Below, in pieces: positions 41,768 through 50,430 of a DNA stretch of 64,000 nt (position 1 is its first letter; the number at the start of each line of letters is the position of its first letter). This DNA is from Candidatus Omnitrophota bacterium. Lineage in GTDB: Bacteria > Omnitrophota > Gorgyraeia > JABMRN01 > RBG-13-46-9. Under the pieces are notes generated by a model. That model did not search any database and was not told the origin of the DNA. It saw nothing but the letters and a program-made list of their open reading frames with translations. The position numbers and the translations under genes were made by a program. Location of the stretch: assembly GCA_043817155.1 (NCBI GenBank), contig JBDRHE010000085.1, positions 1,464 through 65,463 of the forward strand, in the 5' to 3' direction.

Positions 41768-42376
41768 ATGACAGTCCCAAATTCAGGAAAAGGCCCCTTG
41801 CGTGAAGAGGATCTCTTAATAGAGAGGTTTAAAGAGGGTGACAGGGCCTCATTTGACAAGATTTATAGCAAGTACAAGGCGAGGATACTGAGCTATATCA
41901 ACAGGATGATCGGTAACATAGCAGTCGCGGAAGAGTTAACGCAAGAGACATTTATCAACGTCTTTATTAATGTAGCCAGATACGAACCCAGGGGGATGTT
42001 TAAAGCATGGATTTACATGATAGCATCGAACCTCGCCAAGAATGAATTAAGGAGAAGGAGCCAAAGAAAAGATGTATCACTATTCAAAGTTATTGGCGGG
42101 CAAAGCTGCGACACCACCCTTGAGAACGTACTTACAAGCGAGAGCCTTTCTCCGGAATCGATAATAAATAACGGTGAGCTTAAGGAAACAATAGAAGAGA
42201 TACTGCAATCCCTTCCCGTGATACATAGAGAAGTTCTTGTGCTGTGCGTAATAGAGGGATTGTCCTATGAGGAAGCGGCGCGGGTTCTTAATATCAATGT
42301 TAAGACCGTCTCTTCAAGACTGGTTCGCGCGAGAAGGCGGTTTATAGAAGACATTAAAAGAAGGCGGGGAAAGTAG
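41768..42376 (+). CDS. ECF RNA polymerase sigma factor
   Basis: AEELTQETF, FKAWIYMIA.N, GLSYEEAA..L..TVSSRL.RAR. Confidence 0.93.
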   Translation: MTVPNSGKGPLREEDLLIERFKEGDRASFDKIYSKYKARILSYINRMIGNIAVAEELTQETFINVFINVARYEPRGMFKAWIYMIASNLAKNELRRRSQRKDVSLFKVIGGQSCDTTLENVLTSESLSPESIINNGELKETIEEILQSLPVIHREVLVLCVIEGLSYEEAARVLNINVKTVSSRLVRARRRFIEDIKRRRGK

Positions 42377-42380
42377 TAAA

Positions 42381-43817
42381 ATGAGACACGAGATCGACTT
42401 CGGGTCACTTTGCGATTATCTGGATAAGAGGCTTCCGGACGCCTTTAGAAAGAAGGTCGAGTCTCACCTGGCCGGGTGTAAATCGTGCCGGGAAGTATTT
42501 CGCTTGCTTGAGAATTCAGACCTTGCTATGCGCCATTTAGATGAGGCGAAAGCGTCGCCTTCCTTTGACCGGGAGTTCAACAGAAAATTGTACGAGCGTC
42601 TTAAGCGCAAAGAGGAGAAGAGAGTCGGTTTCATTATTAATGATATTCTCGGAAAGGTAAAATCCGCTATTCTGTCGCCGCCTCTCACTGTTGTCAGAGT
42701 GGCTATTTCTATATTGCTAATTCTATTCGCGCATGGGGTTTTAAAAAACTCGCTGGTTGAGTCGCCAAGCGTCGTATCTGTAAAGGGTAATGCATCTGTT
42801 TACATAGCCAGGCAAAAGATGTGGCTTACCACGTTGGACGGCGTTAAGCTGCGTAAAGGTGACATAATTAACGTTAAGGAAGATTCTTTTGTAGATATAC
42901 GGCACCAGGGTAAATATTCGATAAGGATAAAGGAGGACTCTGAGATTACTGTGGTAAAGTTACTCCCAAAATACATAAGCGGCACCGTTCTTTATAGCGT
43001 GGCAAAAGGAAAAGCGCTAATATATATATCAGATGCGTTTAAGGGCTCTAAACTTATAATTAAGACACCCGAGGCCATGGCCACAGCGTTAGGAACTGAG
43101 TTTTTAGTTGATGTGTCAACCGGTCCCATTGATATGACGCGATTTGGCGTTCTGGAAGGTAAAGTAATGGTAAAGTCCCTATTTAAACCCAAAGAGCGCT
43201 TAAGGTCGCGAGATGTCCTTGTGGATGGGGGAGAGGCAACGGAGATATATAGGGGGGAGGTTCCCATTACCCCCAGACGGCTCCTGGAATGGGAGTGGGA
43301 GGAGATGATTGAATTTTATCAGATAGGGAAGAAGACACAGGTTTCGCTTCTTATAAGTAATGGAAAACATAGAACACGGGAGCTTTTAAAGCCGTGTCCC
43401 ATATATATATTTGGCCTTGAGCCACCCATGGCCAAAGAGAAACTGAATAATACTATCGGTTTAATAGATAGAGCTATAAAGACCAACGACAGGGTAAGGC
43501 ACCTGGAAGGGATAAGCAGACTCGAGACCATATTGACCGAATACCCCAATCCTTTATATGAACCCCAGATCCGACTCTTTGTAGGAACCTATTATAATTA
43601 TCTTGAGATGCCGGAAAAAGCCATAGAGGCATTCAAATTGGTTCATTCCAGGTATCGCGATTCAACGTTCGCTAGCATGGCCATTTACGCTATTGGCATA
43701 GTCTACAGTGAAAAGCTGAATAACGAAAACGAGGCCAACGAGTACTATGGCCTTGTACTCAAAGACTACCCACAAAGCCCGGAAGCGTCCCTCCTGAGAG
43801 AGTTAAGAAAACAATAG
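42381..43817 (+). CDS. Anti-sigma factor: zf-HC2 (ZAS), TM, FecR, TPR
   Basis: HLAGCKSC, TM segment, IKTPEAMATALGTEF..VLEGKV, TPR ending KDYPQS. Confidence 0.85.
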   Translation: MRHEIDFGSLCDYLDKRLPDAFRKKVESHLAGCKSCREVFRLLENSDLAMRHLDEAKASPSFDREFNRKLYERLKRKEEKRVGFIINDILGKVKSAILSPPLTVVRVAISILLILFAHGVLKNSLVESPSVVSVKGNASVYIARQKMWLTTLDGVKLRKGDIINVKEDSFVDIRHQGKYSIRIKEDSEITVVKLLPKYISGTVLYSVAKGKALIYISDAFKGSKLIIKTPEAMATALGTEFLVDVSTGPIDMTRFGVLEGKVMVKSLFKPKERLRSRDVLVDGGEATEIYRGEVPITPRRLLEWEWEEMIEFYQIGKKTQVSLLISNGKHRTRELLKPCPIYIFGLEPPMAKEKLNNTIGLIDRAIKTNDRVRHLEGISRLETILTEYPNPLYEPQIRLFVGTYYNYLEMPEKAIEAFKLVHSRYRDSTFASMAIYAIGIVYSEKLNNENEANEYYGLVLKDYPQSPEASLLRELRKQ

Positions 43818-43928
43818 TTACAAAATGGCGGGGGTAAACAGGCATCCCTTTTGTTATAGGGTAAGATGAGTTATTCTTTTCTGTTCAATTTAAGTAATTA
43901 TTAAAAGAGTAGCAAAAGGAGGTGCGAG

Positions 43929-44759
43929 ATGAAGACAGTAGTTAAGCCGCTTATAATAGCGGTGATTTGTTTGGGTATAGTCGTTCCTTATGAATCATGC
44001 CTTGCTGACATGCGTAAAAATACGCTAAAAACGAAGGAGATAAAGGATATTCCGAGCAGATCAGTAGAACAGCTTGAAAGACTGCTTACGAGCAAAGCGG
44101 AGGTTGTATCAAAGAAAAACGCCGTTTCCAAAGAGATTCAGAACGAAAAGGAGTCCAGGGAAGAGTCTTCCAAAAAGGAACTATTAAGCAAATCCCCAAA
44201 AGGCATAAATTTAGTAGTAGCCCCAAACACGAACAAAGAAAAACTAGCCCTTAAGGAACTGTTTTTTGGTAAACAACCTAAGGATGAGGTGCCTAACATA
44301 AGTAAGGATCTGTTGTTTAAAGACACTATTTCGGCCGATGACGGGTCCGTTTCTTCCTTGACAGGAGACCTTATTAAACCGCTTACCTATGAAGGCCGGA
44401 AAAAGGCGGATGATCCCGGGTTCTCTGTAGGGGCATATATTAAAAGCGTAGTTGAGATGAAAGAGATACCCCTTGAGAAAAACAAAGACACCATTGCAAA
44501 AGACTTGCCGGTTGAAATGAAGCCCTCTTTACAAAAAAAGAGTCTTATGGATAGCGAGCTTATAATACCCCTCAAAGGAGCTCGCAGATCAAGAAGTAGA
44601 CGCATTCTTAAGGATGAATATAACTACGATAATGAAGCACTGTCCGGGAATGGAAGAGGGCCCATAATGTATCGCCATTATGAGGACCACCCCTACATGA
44701 GACTGAATGGCGCTACAATTTCATACACTATCGAACGGAGAGAAACAAGCGTTAATTAA
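43929..44759 (+). CDS. Secreted hypothetical protein
   Basis: RBS aaggagg, signal peptide, Lys/Glu-rich. Confidence 0.7.
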   Translation: MKTVVKPLIIAVICLGIVVPYESCLADMRKNTLKTKEIKDIPSRSVEQLERLLTSKAEVVSKKNAVSKEIQNEKESREESSKKELLSKSPKGINLVVAPNTNKEKLALKELFFGKQPKDEVPNISKDLLFKDTISADDGSVSSLTGDLIKPLTYEGRKKADDPGFSVGAYIKSVVEMKEIPLEKNKDTIAKDLPVEMKPSLQKKSLMDSELIIPLKGARRSRSRRILKDEYNYDNEALSGNGRGPIMYRHYEDHPYMRLNGATISYTIERRETSVN

Positions 44760-44773
44760 TCGTTGTTTATAAG

Positions 44774-44828
44774 CATAAATAAGCTCCTTAGGACCATCGC
44801 AGTGGCCACCCTAAGGAGCTTATTTATG
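44774..44828. terminator. Long inverted repeat (terminator-like)
   Basis: cataaataagctccttagg / cctaaggagcttatttatg, 19 bp perfect. Confidence 0.7.
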
Positions 44829-45371
44829 TAGAGGACGGCCGAAATCTGGCAGCGAAAACCACACATTTAAGATCTTAGCTCCTGTCAAGTAGGCCTAGAA
44901 ACCGCATGGAAATAGCACTGTAACAAATGTTACTTGAGGGCATGTAACATCTGTTACTCGATGGTTTCATACAACTTCGGGGTTACAAGGCACAGCACTC
45001 GCCATTTCGTGATTCCATATTAGCGTCATTAACGGTCCGAAATAGGTTGATTACCTTAGGTAATGGTAACAGCCGATAGAAGGGAGAAAGGGCTCATAAA
45101 GAGGCCTCCAAGGCCTTAAAATGGCCAATGCCGTAGGCATAAAACAGATTGGTTGCTAATTGAATCGGGATCTAAAAAGTTCTACCTCCCACAATGCTCT
45201 TCATGCGATTATATCGATAAACCTCTATAATAGGTTATCCACAGGGGGAAAGCTTTAAATCGCCCAAAAAGAGCAAATTTCTACACCTTTGTCTATGTTC
45301 TCGCCAGACCAAGTACACCTTTGTTCGACTCCAAAACGCCTACTTATACACATTAGCCCCTCTTATCCCCA

Positions 45372-45399
45372 GCGTCCTATAATATATCTTATGTTAACT
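45372..45399 (+). other. dif: dif chromosome dimer resolution site
   Basis: GCGTCCTATAA-TATATC-TTATGTTAACT: 11-6-11 layout with canonical XerD arm TTATGTTAA; near the gene-orientation switch. Confidence 0.85.
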
Positions 45400-45796
45400 A
45401 GGGCCTTAGGGGAGGGGAGGTTAGCATGTGTTCGTAGGGCCTATGTAACAAATGTTGCGTTCGTCTTTATGCCATATAACAAATGTGTCGCGATCCCATA
45501 GTTTTAAGCGCTATTCAACGTTTATGCGTTAAACATATCCTATTAGGACGCACCGCCACTTTACTAAATATCCCCTATTCACTCAAGCCTTCAATAGCGC
45601 GTGATATAGAGGTTTATCTATATGATAGTGCCCCTATATATGTCTATTATTAACTACTTTGGGGTGGGTATTTGCTGCTTCTTTAGAAAGGAAATTCCGG
45701 GCTCGTTTAAATCGCGAGAGGTCTAATAAGCAACTCGGGGTATCGAAATATTACTGAATTCTTAACGGCTTAAGGCGTCTCTAATAAATGCTCTAA

Positions 45797-46447
45797 TCAA
45801 AGTTCGGATTCGATCTCGCGGATCAGGTTATCGACATCCTTTACAATCTGCGCAGGTAGCATTTTGGATATCTTAAGCTCCCTGCTGATGGACTTTAAAG
45901 CGCTCAGGAAGCGCTTAAGAATGGCTTGTTTCTTCTTTTTCCAAGCCTCTTCAGGCTGAAGTTCCTCGCGTTGCTTTATGAGGGCTGTAAGGTCCTTCTT
46001 TACATCCTTTGCGTCTTTCCCTTTTTGAAGAACGTTCTGCTTTATGGTTTCATATTCCTCTTTATCGATATCCTTCTTCTTGCTGGCAAGCCGTAGGGCA
46101 TCGACAGACTCATAAGTAGGCAGAGATGCAGCGGAAACGCCTTCATGGTAACCCTTGTTAAGGTACCTGGGCTCTTCTTTTTCAAGAAAATAGTATGACC
46201 TTAGCAACTTGAGAGCGGTCTGCTTCCGTATGCCTATCTCCTTTATGGCATATGCATCGAAAGTACCATATCCCCAGTCCCTGTACATCTTATCCTTCCA
46301 CACGGTGTGAAGAGCCTGTCCCAGATCTACCCAGGATGTTTTAAACGATTTGGCATTTTCCAGGATCTGATATCTAAGGGTCCCTTTGGCCACGTTTTCC
46401 ATCTTCTGTTCTAAGTTTTCTATGGTCTTAGTCTTAATAACACTCAT
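45797..46447 (-). CDS. Conserved hypothetical helical protein, probably DNA-binding
   Basis: LG.AL..V....YRDWGYGTFDAY...EIGIRKQTALKL resembles DUF3102/partition-associated HTH proteins. Confidence 0.7.
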   Translation of the reverse strand: MSVIKTKTIENLEQKMENVAKGTLRYQILENAKSFKTSWVDLGQALHTVWKDKMYRDWGYGTFDAYAIKEIGIRKQTALKLLRSYYFLEKEEPRYLNKGYHEGVSAASLPTYESVDALRLASKKKDIDKEEYETIKQNVLQKGKDAKDVKKDLTALIKQREELQPEEAWKKKKQAILKRFLSALKSISRELKISKMLPAQIVKDVDNLIREIESEL

Positions 46448-46982
46448 TTATCACCGCCTTTTTGAAAGCCTTATTTTTAGGGATAATATACTACATTGCA
46501 CTGAAAGAGTCAAATGAAAAAGATTCGAAGCATAATACATAAATTAGCACACCTGCCTGCCGGCCCACCTGTTTTTGTGCCCCCCCTCCCCCAGTTTGGA
46601 CGAAATGGGCAAAAACCGAGTTATACCTTGACATTTTAGCTATAATATGCTAATATTACAGCGTCTAAGGCGAATGGAACAAAGGATCTATTGGCGATTT
46701 TGTGGAATACAAGAACTGTTTGAACACGCACTGTTACTCACCAGTCAGCATCATACCATTCATGAGATCCCTAAACACATATTATAGGCCTGTTATATAT
46801 AACGTTATTTAAGTAGGTCATTGATTGAGGGTGCCCGCATGTAGGCGCCATTTCGTGTAATAGTGATAAAAAAGGAGGGTCAAATAGGTTAAGGAATAAG
46901 ATCGGTTTTTGTGTTTTAGGTGAACATTTTGTTCCGCATAAAGAATTATTTGATGCGGAAAACTAAGAAGGAGAATGAGAGA

Positions 46983-47312
46983 ATGGAACAAGTCAGTAAA
47001 TTGTACGTAGGCAACCTCGAATATTCAACAACAGAAGAAGACATTAAGGCTCACTTTGAGGAAAAAGGAATAAAGACAAAATCAGTAACCCTTATAAAGG
47101 ATAAATATACGGGTCGCGCAAAAGGTTTCGGCTTTGTAGAAGTGGAAACGGAATCGGAGATCGAAAAAGCGATCGAAGCACTGGACGGCCAGGACCTTAA
47201 GGGTCGCAAGCTTACAGTCAACAAGGCAAAGCCACCGAGAGAGCGATCAGACAATCCCAGAGGCGGCGGCGGAGGCGGATTTGGAGGCGGAAGAGGAGGC
47301 TCCAGGTTCTAA
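46983..47312 (+). CDS. RRM RNA-binding protein with Gly-rich tail
   Basis: RNP2 LYVGNL, RNP1 KGFGFVEV, RGGGGG tail; RBS aaggag. Confidence 0.95.
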   Translation: MEQVSKLYVGNLEYSTTEEDIKAHFEEKGIKTKSVTLIKDKYTGRAKGFGFVEVETESEIEKAIEALDGQDLKGRKLTVNKAKPPRERSDNPRGGGGGGFGGGRGGSRF

Positions 47313-47331
47313 TACCGTAGTCTTATAAAAT

Positions 47332-47362
47332 AAAAAAGGCGGGTTAAAAGCCCGCCTTTTTT
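47332..47362. terminator. Bidirectional intrinsic terminator
   Basis: aaaaaaggcggg-ttaaaag-cccgccttttt between convergent genes. Confidence 0.85.
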
Positions 47363-48134
47363 ATTGCGCCTTGGGATATTTCCCGCCCAGGGCATCTCTT
47401 ATCATATCCTTAACTGTCTTGCTGAAATCCTGACTCAATATCCATTGCAGATACGAAGGCTCCTTCTGGGCTATCTTCCTTATGCTCTGCTTCCTGGCAA
47501 ACTTACCGAATACCGGGTATAATTCTCCGTTCCACCAGCGGAACTTGCGTTCTTTATCAAAATATTGCGTCGATCTCTCATAGTCGATTTCCCTTAAGGA
47601 CTCAACACCGGTATCAATTGCGCCATACTTCTTGACCTGAGCGCCCAGTATCTCAAGCGTCGCTTCTACATCCCCTAGCGCCGAATGAGCGTTAACGAGC
47701 TCCTTCTGGCAATAGAACTGGTAAGCAGCGGTCAGCGTCCGTTTCTCATGGATGTGGTATATCTTCTGCGCGTCGTAAACGATTCTGTCGCGGCGCTCAA
47801 ACCTTAAACCGGCTTCGACAAGCTCCCTCTCCAGTATCGGCAGGTCGAACCGCTCTATCCCAAAACCGGCCAGATCCGAGTCTCCTATAAATGAGAGCAC
47901 CTCTTTAGCGATCGCTTTAAACGGAGGAGCCCCTTCCAGATCCTTGTCGTTTATGCCCGTTATCTTGGTTACGGCGGAGGGCATCGGCATCCCGGGATTT
48001 GTGCGCTTCACAAATTCTATCTTTGAACCATCAGTCAAGCATTTTATCATCCCGATCTCTACGATCCTATCCCTCTCTATCCATGTTCCCGTAGTTTCGA
48101 GATCCAATATCACCAGGGGCCGCGCAATTTTCAT
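47361..48134 (-). CDS. DEDDh 3'-5' exonuclease (DnaQ/Pol III epsilon-like)
   Basis: LDLETTG, FD, AHSALGD, C-terminal FGK..YLQW. Confidence 0.9.
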   Translation of the reverse strand: MKIARPLVILDLETTGTWIERDRIVEIGMIKCLTDGSKIEFVKRTNPGMPMPSAVTKITGINDKDLEGAPPFKAIAKEVLSFIGDSDLAGFGIERFDLPILERELVEAGLRFERRDRIVYDAQKIYHIHEKRTLTAAYQFYCQKELVNAHSALGDVEATLEILGAQVKKYGAIDTGVESLREIDYERSTQYFDKERKFRWWNGELYPVFGKFARKQSIRKIAQKEPSYLQWILSQDFSKTVKDMIRDALGGKYPKAQ

Positions 48135-48287
48135 AATATCACCTGCATATTTAACGATTTATTATTTCATCCGGCAGCAACAATAAAGAACATTGCAATG
48201 CTAAGCGCAACTGCGTAAAATGCGTATAATTGTTCTACGTTTGCGTTATCATACCGTGAAATAAGGCGGGTCTCAAGCGGTAATATT

Positions 48288-48668
48288 TCAGCGGTTTAGC
48301 ATCTTTATGCCATCCAGTTTCTTTTGGGGATCAAAAAAGAGGTATATCTTTACCCCTTCAAAATGGGAGGCCCATCCGGGTTTATAGATCCACTTTTCCC
48401 TGTTACCGTCTTCTGCGAGAACGACGACCGGTTTTCCGTAATTATTTAGGATGGACTCTTGGGTCAGACCTTTAGTTATCGCGCCCTTTTCGATCGCTTC
48501 TTTTACAGCGTCAAAGGTCTTCGTCTCGTCATTTAATTGCATCTCCATCCCGTCCTGGCTCTTACCGACTTCGATCAGTGTTGAGAGACCTTCGGCAAAA
48601 CATGTATGCGTAAAAAGGAGCGCAAATAAATATACCGCGAGTGTCTTATATGTTCTTTCCATCGTCAT
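48288..48668 (-). CDS. Small secreted protein with SmpA/BamE-like C-terminus
   Basis: Signal peptide; GLTQESI...YGKP..EKWIY..LFFD pattern. Confidence 0.6.
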   Translation of the reverse strand: MTMERTYKTLAVYLFALLFTHTCFAEGLSTLIEVGKSQDGMEMQLNDETKTFDAVKEAIEKGAITKGLTQESILNNYGKPVVVLAEDGNREKWIYKPGWASHFEGVKIYLFFDPQKKLDGIKMLNR

Positions 48669-49257
48669 TTTCCTCTATTTCTGTCTTGAATTTTGCGAGT
48701 TCCGCATCGATCTTCGATATATCTTCCTCTATACCCTTTTTTATCTTTGAGCTCTTCATCTCGTCTTCAACCATGCGCAGGTGTGCCTTTACCGCACCCC
48801 AACTCTTCTTAAGAGTCTTAACTGTGTCTCTCACGCTGACACGCATCTCTTCGAAATCCGTCGCAAGGTTCTTTAGCTGGTCGCTGTCTCTTACGTGTAT
48901 AGCGTGTGAAAAGTCACCCCTTTTTATCTTATCCATCTCCAGTTTGAACCTGTAGAGCGGACCGGCTATCTTATGTGACGCAAAGAGCGTTACGGCCGCG
49001 GTCGCAAGAATTACAAGCACAGTAACCGCGGCAAGCACCTGGAACATTGCCGGCAGTATGAAATCAGCGGTCGATCTTACAACCACTTTCAGGTTTTCGA
49101 ACGCAACGGTCGTAGTGTGGCGATTCATATAATATATCATGATACCTATCAAGATACTGGTAGCTATGATAAGGAATGAGAACTTCACGATAAAGGCCGT
49201 CTGGAACGGCTTGTCGATAAAGTAGTTTCTTCTTGCGAACTTCAGCGATCTGACCAT
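48646..49257 (-). CDS. 2TM-HAMP protein without output domain
   Basis: SHKIAGPLYRF..GDFS..RDSDQL followed by a short coiled coil. Confidence 0.8.
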   Translation of the reverse strand: MVRSLKFARRNYFIDKPFQTAFIVKFSFLIIATSILIGIMIYYMNRHTTTVAFENLKVVVRSTADFILPAMFQVLAAVTVLVILATAAVTLFASHKIAGPLYRFKLEMDKIKRGDFSHAIHVRDSDQLKNLATDFEEMRVSVRDTVKTLKKSWGAVKAHLRMVEDEMKSSKIKKGIEEDISKIDAELAKFKTEIEENDDGKNI

Positions 49258-49273
49258 CGTATGCCTCCGGCTT

Positions 49274-49849
49274 CTATTTTATGCCAATAGCCTCTTCATT
49301 GATCTCTATTTCTGACCCGCCCTCAAGGTCATCGACCCAGGAGTCGAAGGAGAAACGCTTCTTTTCCCTTAGGAGCTGCCACCGTATGACTTCGCGGAGC
49401 TTATCGAACGACTCCGTATTCTCCGGGTTCTCGTCCTTCCATCTCTTATAGAAGTCTTCCAATTCCTCCTCGGAAACATCGAGTCTCCTTGAGAACTCGC
49501 CCGCTTTGCTGTCTATCATCACCTTAAGAAGAGCCTCCTCCCAAAATCGTTCTATGGTCTTCAGAAATATCTTCTGCCGATCCAGCCCTTCTCTTTCTGC
49601 TTCCTGCAAGAGCAATTTGCGCTTCACTAAATTCTTTACGAATTTTCGCCTGGCCTCGGAAGTATCTTCTGTGGGCCCGGACTCCATAAACAGTTCGGTG
49701 AATTCTCCGGCCGTAATCGAATACCCGTTTATCTTAACAGCGCATTTCTCGCTGCCTGAATTACCGATACAGCCGCCGCACATAAGAAATAGCGCTAGCA
49801 TTATAAAAATGAACTTTGCATGTCTGGCATCTTTCGCCCGGGCGCACAT
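49274..49849 (-). CDS. SurA N-terminal domain lipoprotein
   Basis: GGC lipobox, INGYSIT, LLLQEAEREGL. Confidence 0.75.
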   Translation of the reverse strand: MCARAKDARHAKFIFIMLALFLMCGGCIGNSGSEKCAVKINGYSITAGEFTELFMESGPTEDTSEARRKFVKNLVKRKLLLQEAEREGLDRQKIFLKTIERFWEEALLKVMIDSKAGEFSRRLDVSEEELEDFYKRWKDENPENTESFDKLREVIRWQLLREKKRFSFDSWVDDLEGGSEIEINEEAIGIK

Positions 49850-49851
49850 CT

Positions 49852-50400
49852 TCAGCCTCCTTCCGGCATTCTGAATTTAAATATATCCATAAGCCCGCTC
49901 AAAAGTGTCTTCAAATGCCGCTCGGGCGAACTTACGAACTCGCCTAAGCGCGAATACGGTACGAAATGTATGATATCGCCTGCCGGAGTCTCAACGTAGA
50001 TCTCTCTTATGTCGTCATTCCGGGTCGCGCTCCTGTAATAGGCTATTATTATGCCTTCCGGCTTCAGAGTCAGGCTTCCGCTTCCGCCGCTGTTAACCTC
50101 GACCTCATCAAATTCGAAATAGTGAGATCGCCCGCTTTCGCTTATAGCCCTGTATTTGGAGTTTTCCAGTTCTATCGTTTTTCTGGAGTTGTTCTTCATG
50201 AAGACCTCAACCATGAATTCGCCGAATGGCGGAAAGACCGTTTCGCTAAACTCCATCATACCTTCTGCGGGCTCGGTGTTGTAGGTGTAAAATTCGGATC
50301 CTTCTATCTTTTCATAAACATATGGCGTACCCTGGCGGGCATAAAGAATTGAGGATATAGAGAACCCCAAAATAGCGGTTATGAGAAGAATTCTCTTCAT
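49852..50400 (-). CDS. Secreted beta-sandwich protein; paralog of 37258-37725
   Basis: Signal peptide; YEKIEGSEFY, VEVFMKNNS, LKPEG, IHFVPY. Confidence 0.7.
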   Translation of the reverse strand: MKRILLITAILGFSISSILYARQGTPYVYEKIEGSEFYTYNTEPAEGMMEFSETVFPPFGEFMVEVFMKNNSRKTIELENSKYRAISESGRSHYFEFDEVEVNSGGSGSLTLKPEGIIIAYYRSATRNDDIREIYVETPAGDIIHFVPYSRLGEFVSSPERHLKTLLSGLMDIFKFRMPEGG

Positions 50401-50430
50401 GATCTAACGTCTCTTTTATGATCCTGCATG

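Noticed and set aside
44760-45797. oriC
   Set aside because: DnaA-like boxes are present, but genes converge here, dif is present, and dnaA/dnaN are absent.
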